Virus record (IMG/VR): IMGVR_UViG_3300006052_000001
Source of the DNA: a virus
Lineage: Duplodnaviria > Heunggongvirae > Uroviricota > Caudoviricetes
Direction: 5' to 3' (one strand)
Length of the DNA: 64,000 bases
The notes below the pieces were generated by a model that did no database searches, was not told the DNA's origin, and was given only the letters and a program-made list of their open reading frames with translations. The position numbers and the translations under genes were made by a program. Of this stretch, positions 55,304-64,000 are shown in pieces. The stretch's first letter is position 1, and each line of letters opens with the position of its first letter.

Positions 55304-56019
55304 TGCCCTGGCTTCTAAATGAAGATGCTGCTCTTAAGCTAAAGCTTCAAGGTCTTACAGTATCAGACGCTAATTCATCTAACCGTCCTGTTCCGGTTAG
55401 ATTCAGGCTGCCAGAAACAGAAGTGGCTGACCTGACCTTTCCCATCATTGTTATCTCACATGATGGATGGTATCCTGCCCCAGAAAGAATGCATAGTGGT
55501 TACGCTAAGCTACCCTATGCACCAGAGGGATACAACCCTTGGTTTGCCGACACAGGAGCGGCCACCACAACATTTGATCCAACTGATAGTCCTTATTATT
55601 CATGGTTTCCTGTGCCATATAACTTTGACTACCAGATAACAGTGTATGCGCGTTTAATGCATGAGCATACTATCCCGTTAGTATCTGCTCTAGCGCAATA
55701 CTCTCGTCTTGACCCAAGAATCGGCTTCCTAGATATTCCCCAAGATGGAACCAAAAGAACCATGCAATTGCTTGGTGGTCCTGAGCTACAGACTGGTAAA
55801 GACAACAACGGCAAAAGATTGTTCTGGGTTAACTATAAAGTAAGAGTTTTCTCAGAGCTAGTTCCATCAGTAATTCAGCCAATTTTGGCTAATAGAGTTA
55901 ACCTAGATTTAAGTGTCTACAACTCCACACAAGACCTGAGTATCACTGATCTTATTGAAGTTAAGGCACTGCTAAGTGTAGGCTCACCTGCTATTAGCTG
56001 GAACACTGCTAGCCTATAA
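55303..56019 (+). CDS. tail-associated protein
   Basis: 238-aa ORF upstream of the sheath gene. Confidence 0.45.
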   Translation: MPWLLNEDAALKLKLQGLTVSDANSSNRPVPVRFRLPETEVADLTFPIIVISHDGWYPAPERMHSGYAKLPYAPEGYNPWFADTGAATTTFDPTDSPYYSWFPVPYNFDYQITVYARLMHEHTIPLVSALAQYSRLDPRIGFLDIPQDGTKRTMQLLGGPELQTGKDNNGKRLFWVNYKVRVFSELVPSVIQPILANRVNLDLSVYNSTQDLSITDLIEVKALLSVGSPAISWNTASL

Positions 56020-56033
56020 CTATAGGAGTAATC

Positions 56034-57596
56034 ATGTCAGTACCTTACGAGTACCCAGGTATTTTTATCGGGGAAACTCTAGCGCCGCTGAATAGCAACA
56101 TCAATAATGTTCCCGGTCTAGCAGTAGCTACATTCGCTGCGGCATACAACCAGGGTCCAACAGTACCTACTTTCGTGCAGTCATGGAATCAGTACGCACA
56201 GCTATTCGGTGGTTTTGCAACAGCTAATGGTAACCTTCTACCATACGCTGTATACCAGTATTTCAACAACGGCGGAACCGGCTGCTACATTCTTCGTGTT
56301 CCAAACACAGATGCAGTCTCCGCTTCTCTAACTCTTCAGGACGTAAACACTCCTGCCGATAACGTTATGACAGTTACAGCTAAGTCTCCTGGTGCGTGGG
56401 GAAACACAATTTATATTTCCATCACAACAGCAGGTAACACAGGCCGCTTTAACTTCGTAGTTTACTCGGGTGGAACTGCTGCATCTAACGTAGTAGAAAA
56501 CTTCCTAGACCTTAGCATTAACCCTGCTGATCAGAGGAACGTATCTGCGGTTGTTAACTCACCAGTTTCCGGCTCAAACTATGTAACGCTTAACGTAACT
56601 CTTCCTGGTGCTTACACACTAGGAGTTTACGACCCGGCGCTTATCTCTCCCACTCTTCTATCAGGTGGTAGCGATGGTGTAACTGCTCCGAACCTTTCAA
56701 GCGTTGTACCTACTCAGCTAGACTCACTTCAGGGCGTAATCATTAACCTGAATCTTCCTGGCGTTTACGCAAGTACAACCATTAACCCTATCCTGGCTTG
56801 GGCAGCAGGACGTGGCGACGTTATGATGGTTATTGATGGACCTGCACCGTCATTCCCGACAACAAGCGCTACGGTTGTACAGAACTATGTCAACCTAGTT
56901 ACAGGTGGTTCTGCAATTACCCCATCTACTTACGCGACAATTTACGCGCCGTGGATTCAGGTACAGAACCCAGGTTCTTCCGTTGCTAACGCTACAATCT
57001 GGCTACCACCTGGCGGTTCAGTTCTTGGTGTATGGAACAGAACAGATAATCAGGTTGGTCCTCAGCAGACTCCTGCCGGTGTTGAATATGGTCAGGTTAA
57101 CCTTATCAACCTAGAGGCTCAGTTCACAGCAGCAGACCTGACAAACCTTGAAGCATACAACATCAATCCAATTAGATTCGTTCCTGGTTATTACCCGGCA
57201 ATCATGGGTGGTCGTACTCTTCAGCAGAGCTATCCAGACCGTTACATCTCAGTACGTCGTGAGCTAATCCAGCTAGAGCATGATTTCTCTCAGCTTCTAC
57301 AGTTCGCTCTATTTGAGCCTAACGACCAGACCTTGTGGGACCAGATCATTTACGTGATCACTAACTATCTAAATCAGCAGCTTCAGGCTGGTGTTTTCGG
57401 TGGTAACACACAGGCCAATTCATTCAGTGTTGTGTGTGACTCCACAAACAACACACCAGCTACAACTGTTGCCGGTATCGTTAATGTTAACGTTGCTGTA
57501 TCGCTTCTGAACCCTGCTGAGTTCATTCTAATCAACATCAGCCAGTTCCAGAACACAGGTACTACAATCACATCTACAACTACTTCAGCACAGTAA
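56034..57596 (+). CDS. tail sheath protein (putative)
   Basis: N-terminal YEYPGIFIGE resembles the sheath PGVYIEE motif; 520 aa; followed by tube, chaperone and TMP genes. Confidence 0.55.
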   Translation: MSVPYEYPGIFIGETLAPLNSNINNVPGLAVATFAAAYNQGPTVPTFVQSWNQYAQLFGGFATANGNLLPYAVYQYFNNGGTGCYILRVPNTDAVSASLTLQDVNTPADNVMTVTAKSPGAWGNTIYISITTAGNTGRFNFVVYSGGTAASNVVENFLDLSINPADQRNVSAVVNSPVSGSNYVTLNVTLPGAYTLGVYDPALISPTLLSGGSDGVTAPNLSSVVPTQLDSLQGVIINLNLPGVYASTTINPILAWAAGRGDVMMVIDGPAPSFPTTSATVVQNYVNLVTGGSAITPSTYATIYAPWIQVQNPGSSVANATIWLPPGGSVLGVWNRTDNQVGPQQTPAGVEYGQVNLINLEAQFTAADLTNLEAYNINPIRFVPGYYPAIMGGRTLQQSYPDRYISVRRELIQLEHDFSQLLQFALFEPNDQTLWDQIIYVITNYLNQQLQAGVFGGNTQANSFSVVCDSTNNTPATTVAGIVNVNVAVSLLNPAEFILINISQFQNTGTTITSTTTSAQ

Positions 57597-57608
57597 GGGA
57601 GATAGAAA

Positions 57609-58178
57609 ATGCCAGTAACACAGAAGTCATCTATCGCCCATCTAAGTACCGATCCGCTACGTAACTTTAAGTTCGTAGTAAACATTAATCCGCCGTCAGG
57701 TAGGACTGTATCTCTTGGTTTCATGAGTGTATCTGGTCTTAATATTACGGTTGACGTTATTGCGTATCGTGAAGGTGGGTACAACACCACAACTCAGAAG
57801 ATGCCAGGACAGGCAGACTTTTCACCGATTACCCTATCGCGTGGAGTGGCAGTTGGACACACAGAAGACATTAACTGGATGAGTCAGTTGTTCACAGTTA
57901 TGCAGGGTGCTGGTACTACAGCAGCAGGCACAGATTTCAGAAGAACACTTGACATTCAGATTCTAGACCACCCTGTTACAACCGCAACTGTGCCTATTAA
58001 GGCATGGTTCCGCGTGTACAATGCGTGGCCTACAAGCGTGGCTTGGTCTGACCTAGACGCGGGAGCTAACCAGCTATTTATTAGCCAGCTAGTTCTAGCT
58101 CACGAAGGTTTTGACTACTCACTCGCTACAAAGATCGGAAACGTTGACGCAGGTAAGCCTTCTGGCGCATCTGCTTAA
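57609..58178 (+). CDS. tail tube protein (putative)
   Basis: 189-aa ORF right after the sheath gene. Confidence 0.5.
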   Translation: MPVTQKSSIAHLSTDPLRNFKFVVNINPPSGRTVSLGFMSVSGLNITVDVIAYREGGYNTTTQKMPGQADFSPITLSRGVAVGHTEDINWMSQLFTVMQGAGTTAAGTDFRRTLDIQILDHPVTTATVPIKAWFRVYNAWPTSVAWSDLDAGANQLFISQLVLAHEGFDYSLATKIGNVDAGKPSGASA

Positions 58179-58194
58179 TTGATAAGGAAAATAA

Positions 58195-59088
58195 ATGGCT
58201 ACAACACGAACATCTAAAGTTGTAAAATTACCTGATGCTGACTGGATTAACCCAGCAGAGAATCCAGAGAGAGCGAACGCAGAAATAGCTGCTCTTCTAG
58301 CTGAAACTACTCGCGCAGATATTCCTATTATCGAGCCACCGGAAGATGATTTAGTACATCTTCCGGGTGGCTTGGTTAAAGGCGGTAAAGTTCATAGGAC
58401 CGCCGTTGTAAAAGAGCTAACAGGAGAAGATGAAGAGGCTCTAGCAAGAGCTAGTCAGTCATTGAACCCTTACCACTTCATTGATCGTCTTCTTAAGTGT
58501 GGTGTTGTGCAGATTGGTGACCTACCAGAACACCAGACAGAAGCACATCTAAAAGACTTGCTAGTAGGAGACAGAGAGCAGCTAATTCTGGGCATCAGAA
58601 GAGCTACTTATGGTGAAGAAGTAGAAGTACCCGACTGGCGCTGTTCTTCTTGCGGAAATGTAGCTACTCTGACTATGGAACTTGATGACATCCCAAGTGT
58701 CTCCCTAAGTAATCCGCTTGAAGAGATTAGCTTTGACGTATCTCTAAGAAAAGGTGGAGTAGCCAGAGTAAGACTAGCAACTGGTGAAGATCACACCGCT
58801 ATATATGAGAACAAGGAAATCACTCAGGCTCAGAGAGAAACCATCCTTCTATCTCGCTGCGTTATGAAGATTACTCAGCCATCAGGCATGGAGCAGAACG
58901 TAGCCGGATATCCTTCTATCGTAAGAAACATGTCAGTACCCGACAGGCACAAGATTCTAAGAGAACTAAGGAATCGTCAGCCTGGTCCTAAGTACGACGA
59001 CATTCACTACACTTGTGAGGCTTGCGGGGAGGAAGTAACCGTTGTCGTTGGCATCGGTAATTTGTTTCTCGACTTCGGATGGCTCTAA
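58195..59088 (+). CDS. tail assembly chaperone (putative)
   Basis: 297 aa between the tube and TMP genes. Confidence 0.45.
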   Translation: MATTRTSKVVKLPDADWINPAENPERANAEIAALLAETTRADIPIIEPPEDDLVHLPGGLVKGGKVHRTAVVKELTGEDEEALARASQSLNPYHFIDRLLKCGVVQIGDLPEHQTEAHLKDLLVGDREQLILGIRRATYGEEVEVPDWRCSSCGNVATLTMELDDIPSVSLSNPLEEISFDVSLRKGGVARVRLATGEDHTAIYENKEITQAQRETILLSRCVMKITQPSGMEQNVAGYPSIVRNMSVPDRHKILRELRNRQPGPKYDDIHYTCEACGEEVTVVVGIGNLFLDFGWL

Positions 59089-59236
59089 AGGCTTGAATTA
59101 TCCTCTGCTTTACAGAGAGATAGAAACGATTGTCGAAGTTTTCCCGGCTTGGACAGTTAAAGATATTAAGTCCCTAACCGTGCGTGAACGTAAGCATTGG
59201 TTCAAAAGATCAGAAGCGAAAGTTAGGTCAGTGTGA
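59042..59236 (+). CDS. overlapping ORF, candidate frameshift extension of the chaperone
   Basis: 64-aa ORF overlapping the chaperone 3' end by 47 nt in another frame and ending at the TMP start. Confidence 0.3.
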   Translation: MSLASVICFSTSDGSKGLNYPLLYREIETIVEVFPAWTVKDIKSLTVRERKHWFKRSEAKVRSV

Positions 59237-62200
59237 CAACACCAACAGGAGATGGCGGATGGCCGGTAGCTGATCCTGCCGGTGGTACTCTCATGGGTAC
59301 TAACGTATTGCAATCGTCCATTGATAGTCTTACCAGCGCAGTTAACAACCTTAATACCGCTATCGGCCGCATTAATTTTAGCGGAGTTGGCGGTACTACA
59401 GGTGCGCCCGCAGGTACAGCAGCTAATGGAGGAATGGCGTCATCATTTGGTGGCGGTGGTGGAGGTACATCTAACGTAGCACCAGCTAGACCTTTCGGAG
59501 CCGGTGGAAAATTCGTCGCCTACACTGCTGCTGTTGCGTCATCTTTTGCGGCGTATGGTCAGGGTCAGCTTCCTGGTCAGCTTGCTATTAACTCGTTTGC
59601 TACAACAACAGCAACAGCGCTAGGCCAGACATCCAATAACTTCACTGCTCAGTACAAGCAAGCCTTTGGATACCAGGGTAAAGGTATTAATTTCATGGCA
59701 AGTAGTGTCATGGATGCCGCCCAAGGTACTCAGATGCTTCAGTACGCGGGAGGAATGTACACTAACAGCCCGCAATACCGTGCCGCTTATGGTGCTGCCG
59801 CTGCTATGAACAGCGCTAATCCGCTCTCTAGCATGGCTCAGTCTGCCGCATTTGCACAGCAATTTTATAGCGCAAATACAAGCATGAACATGTATGCTAT
59901 GGGTTATGGTGTTACTCCTAGAACAGCATTCAGGCCGGGAGCTAACGGAACTGGTGCTGTTATTCAGGGTATGCTGCAAAGGTGGTATGGCACCGGGAAA
60001 GTTAATCCATATACACTAAACCAGGGACTAGCAGAGAACGGAAGGCTTTCAACTATCAACCTTCCTGCTGCTGGTCTGAATGCTCAGCAGATGACTCCTA
60101 TTCTTAGAGAGTACAACACGCTGTTCAATGCTGGACTTACACCAGCACAGGCTGACGCTCTTATTAACAGAGCCAACAACGGAAGTTTAGCCTCAGCTAG
60201 ATCAGCACAGTCACAGCTTGCGTCTTACGGCATTAAAACAGCTAACAACAGCGTGCAGAGCATGAAGAATAACCAGTCTATTCTTACAGCTAGAGACGCC
60301 AACGTAGCTAGTGGTTTCGCAAGAGGCTTGCAGGATGCTACAACCATGCTGTCCCAGTTCAATAACGCTCTTAGCGCTATTATGACAACACTCCACCTTA
60401 ACGGCATCACTGGATTTGCTGGTGGATTCGGTGGCATTATGAGCGGTACTAATACTTCTGGTCTTCTAGGATTGGGTGGAGGTCTAGGACTCGCGTCTAT
60501 GGCTATGAGACTTGGAGGAACTGCTCTTGGCGGTGGTGGAATGCTAAGTGGTCTTAGTAGCCTATTCGGTGGTGGTTCTGCCGCTGCTGCCGGTGGTTCT
60601 GCCGCTGGTGGCGCTGCTGCGGCTGGCGGTGGTCTATCTCTAGGTGGTGCCGCTGCTGTTGGACTTCCTATTGCCGCTCTAGCTGCTGCTATTTATTTTG
60701 GCAATAGAAACGCCAGCATTCCTAAGTGGAATCCTCCTGGCTTCCACGCAAATAAGAATACCCAGTACCATATGGAAATGCGCGCTGCTGGTAAGGGTGC
60801 CTACAGCATCATGGTTCCCAATGGCTATGCATCAGGAGGAATCGTACCTGGATATGGTCCTGGTGTAGATAATGTTCCTGCTATGCTTTCCAAGGGTGAG
60901 TCAGTACTTACACCTGGCGCTACAATGGCTATAGGACCAGGAAGAATTTCCGCTCTTAATGCTATGTACAGTCCTCCTGGTTCTAAGAGCGGAATTAGTG
61001 GTGGTGTTCTTCACGCTGGTTCTGGAACTGCTGGTGGTGCGGTTGGAAGCAATTACGCTAACCCATTCAGAAGCGTTAGCGGACTTACACCAGAGCGAGT
61101 TGACATGGGAGTTGACTACGCAGGTTCCGGTCCCGTATATGCTATTGGTCCTGGTGTTGTTAAGAATCTTTACAACAGTGGTTGGCCTGGTGGTGGATTC
61201 ATTTCTTATCAGCTATCTGGTGGACCAGATGCGGGTAAATATGTTTATCTTGCCGAAAATGTGAAGCCTACTGTGAAAATCGGGCAGAGAGTTAACTCTA
61301 ATACTGTCATTGGTAACATGGGATTTGGTGGCATTGAAACAGGCTGGGCTGAACCTCCTGGTAGTGGCTGGGCTTTAGGTCGTCATCAGTATAACGGCAG
61401 CAACGCAACAGCTTATGGTGTTAACTTTAACCAGCTTCTAAAGTCCCTTGGTGCGCCTGGTGGTATAGTAAGTGGCGCTGTTGGAGGTAATCTTCCTGGT
61501 AACTGGGGTAACGTTACATCAGGTATGTCTGGTGGTTCTAATGGAAGTTCGTTTGGTGGTAATACCATCACTGGTGCTGGTTCTGTTGGTGGCCTAGGAT
61601 TTAATGAGTCTTCTCTTATACCTATGTTCAGTGAACTTTCCGCTCTTATGGGTGGCGGTGGAGGAAATGCTGGTACTCTAGCTGGACCAACATCTAACGG
61701 TACTTCTAGTGGTACTCCAAGCACAGGTTCTTCATCTTCTCCAACTTCTACTAACGGCAGCTTCGGTACGGTGCCTGGTGTTGGTGGAACTCCTGCTCAG
61801 AACAAGGTTCTTATGCAACGTCTAGCAGCAGCTAGAGGATGGGGAAGCGGGTCTGAATGGAATTCTCTTAACACGCTTGTTATGCACGAATCTGGGTACA
61901 ACAGCAACGCACAGAACCCAACTTCTACAGCGTATGGTATCGGTCAGTTCCTAGATTCGACTTGGGCTGGATATGGTCCTAAGACATCTAATCCGCGTCT
62001 TCAGGAAATATACATGCTAGAGTATATTAAGAACAGGTATGGCGACCCTAATCACGCTTGGGCACAATATTATCAGCATCCTGGTGGTGTAGGATGGTAT
62101 GGTGCTGGTGGTCAGCTAGGAGATGGTGTTAGCATCGTTGGTGATCGTGGACCTGAAGCTGTGACAAGAGACGGTCAGGTTATGAGTAATGCTAAGACTA

Positions 62201-62457
62201 TGGCTCTTCTAAAGGGGCACACAGCTAAGCCTACTCAAGCTCCTTGGTCTGTTGGTAACAATTCTGTTCCACATGCAGGTCTTGGTCCTGCGGTTAAGGT
62301 AACTTTTGGTAAGGAATCTGTTGTCGTTAAGATTGACCACGTAGCTAGCGGAGATACCTCTGCTGCTGGTCGTGAAATTGCCCACCAGATAGCTAAGCAT
62401 CTTGACCAGGAAATAATGTACGCAGCAATCAGATCAGGAGATAAGAATGGCTTCTAG
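59233..62457 (+). CDS. tape measure protein with lytic transglycosylase (SLT-like) and M23-like regions
   Basis: 1074 aa, Gly/Ala-rich; MHESGYNSNAQNPTSTAYGIGQFLDSTW is SLT-like; GVDYAGSGPVYAIGPGVV is M23-like. Confidence 0.7.
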   Translation: MTTPTGDGGWPVADPAGGTLMGTNVLQSSIDSLTSAVNNLNTAIGRINFSGVGGTTGAPAGTAANGGMASSFGGGGGGTSNVAPARPFGAGGKFVAYTAAVASSFAAYGQGQLPGQLAINSFATTTATALGQTSNNFTAQYKQAFGYQGKGINFMASSVMDAAQGTQMLQYAGGMYTNSPQYRAAYGAAAAMNSANPLSSMAQSAAFAQQFYSANTSMNMYAMGYGVTPRTAFRPGANGTGAVIQGMLQRWYGTGKVNPYTLNQGLAENGRLSTINLPAAGLNAQQMTPILREYNTLFNAGLTPAQADALINRANNGSLASARSAQSQLASYGIKTANNSVQSMKNNQSILTARDANVASGFARGLQDATTMLSQFNNALSAIMTTLHLNGITGFAGGFGGIMSGTNTSGLLGLGGGLGLASMAMRLGGTALGGGGMLSGLSSLFGGGSAAAAGGSAAGGAAAAGGGLSLGGAAAVGLPIAALAAAIYFGNRNASIPKWNPPGFHANKNTQYHMEMRAAGKGAYSIMVPNGYASGGIVPGYGPGVDNVPAMLSKGESVLTPGATMAIGPGRISALNAMYSPPGSKSGISGGVLHAGSGTAGGAVGSNYANPFRSVSGLTPERVDMGVDYAGSGPVYAIGPGVVKNLYNSGWPGGGFISYQLSGGPDAGKYVYLAENVKPTVKIGQRVNSNTVIGNMGFGGIETGWAEPPGSGWALGRHQYNGSNATAYGVNFNQLLKSLGAPGGIVSGAVGGNLPGNWGNVTSGMSGGSNGSSFGGNTITGAGSVGGLGFNESSLIPMFSELSALMGGGGGNAGTLAGPTSNGTSSGTPSTGSSSSPTSTNGSFGTVPGVGGTPAQNKVLMQRLAAARGWGSGSEWNSLNTLVMHESGYNSNAQNPTSTAYGIGQFLDSTWAGYGPKTSNPRLQEIYMLEYIKNRYGDPNHAWAQYYQHPGGVGWYGAGGQLGDGVSIVGDRGPEAVTRDGQVMSNAKTMALLKGHTAKPTQAPWSVGNNSVPHAGLGPAVKVTFGKESVVVKIDHVASGDTSAAGREIAHQIAKHLDQEIMYAAIRSGDKNGF

Positions 62458-63304
62458 CAAAGGCGTAGCTGCTGTTACACATCCTCCATTTGATACGAGG
62501 ATTAAGACTCTTGCGTTCCCGCTTGAGGGAAAAGGTCAGTTCGGCCCTCTTAAGAGAGGCTTTATGATCTGGGATAAGCCTATTCCTGGTTACACAACAA
62601 GAGCGCAGGTTAACTTCTTGTATAACCCAAGTTCTATTAACGCTTCGTATGGTTTCGACTCTGGTATCGCTGCTACTCTTGCTTTCCCTAATCCCGGTGA
62701 CACAGCTAACCTTACGGTGCCTCTTTCACAGACGGTAACTTGGTCTGTGCTGTATGATAGAACCTATGAACTATGGGGGCAGTACAACACAGACGGTACT
62801 CCTAAGCAAAGCGTGTCGGGTAACCCATTTAATCCGGCAGTTTATGGTGTGCTAACAGATATCTATATGATGCAGCAGTTCACAGGCATGAAGGTGCAGT
62901 ACACAACCCAGTCTGGTACATCAACACCAACTACTAGTACTTCATCTACATCAACGACTACAACAACTGGTGCTGCTACAAACGCTAACCCTAACAACTA
63001 TCAAGGTATTCTTCAGCTTGTGCCGATGCATGTATATTTTGGCGATCAGACAAACTTGACATACTATGGATACATTACTAGCTGGGACGTGACGATTACT
63101 CACTGGACACAGTACATGGTTCCTATGAGATGCGTAGTAGATATCACAATGAATTTACTACCGCCACCGTACAACCAGACCAGCGCAAACATTGGGCCTA
63201 CAGGTGTGAGTCCTGGTACTCACATTAACGGCGGGCCTACTGGTCATCTCACTGGTCCTCCCGGCTCTTTGCAAACTTCGAATGGAAATAAGAGCGGCAG
63301 ATGA
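62447..63304 (+). CDS. distal tail/baseplate protein
   Basis: 285-aa ORF overlapping the TMP stop. Confidence 0.45.
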   Translation: MASSKGVAAVTHPPFDTRIKTLAFPLEGKGQFGPLKRGFMIWDKPIPGYTTRAQVNFLYNPSSINASYGFDSGIAATLAFPNPGDTANLTVPLSQTVTWSVLYDRTYELWGQYNTDGTPKQSVSGNPFNPAVYGVLTDIYMMQQFTGMKVQYTTQSGTSTPTTSTSSTSTTTTTGAATNANPNNYQGILQLVPMHVYFGDQTNLTYYGYITSWDVTITHWTQYMVPMRCVVDITMNLLPPPYNQTSANIGPTGVSPGTHINGGPTGHLTGPPGSLQTSNGNKSGR

Positions 63305-63576
63305 TTTCGTCAACATCAAGATACGCGAACAGCAGCGTTGTTACGATAGAAAATGCTGCCGGAAATCACGTACAGGTTATAGTTCCTGGCGAGCAGGAGA
63401 GTTTCACATTCAGCTATGTCTATCATGTGGTAGCTGCTCAGGATAGAATTGATCTAGTAGCAGACGCTTACTACAATGACCCTCTTCAGTGGTGGAGAAT
63501 TGGTGACGCTAATCCAGAAATTCTGGACTGGTCAGCTATGCCTGTAGGTACTCAGATAAGGGTGCCTAACGCATGA
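63301..63576 (+). CDS. LysM-like domain protein
   Basis: DRIDLVADAYYNDPLQWWRIGDANP...GTQIRVP. Confidence 0.45.
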   Translation: MISSTSRYANSSVVTIENAAGNHVQVIVPGEQESFTFSYVYHVVAAQDRIDLVADAYYNDPLQWWRIGDANPEILDWSAMPVGTQIRVPNA

Positions 63577-64000
63577 CTCTACCTCTTGGCCCTGTTGTGT
63601 ATTCCATCTGGATTAACGATCAGCTTGTCACAGACACCCCACTTGACGTAGAGCTACGTCAGGGATGGGGAATGCACGACATGTTTTTCCTGCGGATTGA
63701 GTATTACAGGCAGTATCTTCTTACGCATAGGCTACCTCTATGGCCTGACAATGCACCAATCAGAATTGTCTGGGGAATGCGCCCCTCAAACATTCAGACT
63801 TGGTATGGATATGTAAACCATCATACCGTTGATGCTAACGCTGACTCTGGCTCTCAGGCTATGCAGATTACCTATGTGTGCCTTGGTACGTCTAAGCCCA
63901 TGAATACAGACAAGAGCCGTCAGTGGGGTGCTGTAACTCCAACGTACATCGCCAAGAAAATAGCCGGTGAGTACGGTTTCAGGTGTGTTCTTACTTCTAC
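63573..64000 (+). CDS. baseplate/tail protein (partial, runs off the window)
   Basis: ATG overlapping previous stop; ORF open to the window end. Confidence 0.4.
   Translation, partial: MTLPLGPVVYSIWINDQLVTDTPLDVELRQGWGMHDMFFLRIEYYRQYLLTHRLPLWPDNAPIRIVWGMRPSNIQTWYGYVNHHTVDANADSGSQAMQITYVCLGTSKPMNTDKSRQWGAVTPTYIAKKIAGEYGFRCVLTS

Noticed and set aside
1-64000. Integrase, transposase or IS elements, rRNA genes, toxin-antitoxin or restriction-modification cassettes
   Set aside because: No recombinase, DDE, methyltransferase motifs or rRNA-like segments were recognised. HNH endonucleases (9207, 43118) are typical free-standing phage nucleases, not mobile-element boundaries I could delimit.

Overview
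The window looks like part of a tailed-phage (myovirus-type) genome with five parts. (1) 1-2.8 kb is a plus-strand block of unknown genes with a paralogous 'GNWY' pair, ending in a strong terminator. (2) 3.4-7.6 kb is a minus-strand block of small genes that includes a minimal ATP-dependent RNA-ligase-like nucleotidyltransferase (KLDGTN motif). (3) 7.7-13.7 kb holds plus-strand early-type genes: an HNH endonuclease, a ParB-like domain protein, a calcineurin-type phosphoesterase and a possible Cys/His peptidase. (4) 13.8-29.1 kb is a tRNA island. I count about 30 tRNA genes, all on the plus strand. Several are atypical, including two class-I tRNAs with the Leu anticodons CAA and TAA, a tRNA-Ile(TAT), a tRNA-Lys with an aberrant T-loop, and degenerate or truncated copies. 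About ten copies of a conserved extended -10 promoter family (TTGACA-N14-TGnTAnnnT) are scattered through it, with strong-RBS mini-ORFs, a second phosphoesterase, vWA, lectin-like and SPFH proteins, and many structured intergenic RNAs. Inside this island sits what I consider the most interesting system. It is a Ro60/Rsr-like gene (TROVE-like N-terminal region plus a C-terminal vWA domain with a MIDAS motif, 25483-27117). Directly upstream is a tandem array of five about 150-nt tRNA-like repeat units (24301-25070). Each unit is laid out as 5' box, then T-arm, then a capped acceptor hairpin, then D-arm, with its ends paired, which is the architecture of bacterial YrlA-type Y RNAs. There is also a separate RNA at 16212-16333 that begins with GGCUGGUCCGA, the conserved 5' Ro-binding sequence of metazoan Y RNAs, with a partner strand CUUGCUAGG...GGCCAGCC. 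Together with the RNA ligase and two phosphoesterases this points to a phage-borne Ro/Y-RNA plus RNA-repair and tRNA module. (5) 29.1-64 kb is the morphogenesis region: an RNase H-like exonuclease, large terminase, repetitive Ser/Thr-rich structural proteins, portal, scaffold, endonuclease VII, major capsid, two beta-helix tailspikes that share an N-terminal domain with another fibre protein, tandem GNAT-like mini-proteins, sheath, tube, a chaperone pair that may be frameshifted, and a tape-measure protein with a lytic transglycosylase domain. All coordinates, and tRNA ends in particular, are hand-derived and approximate to +/-2 nt.
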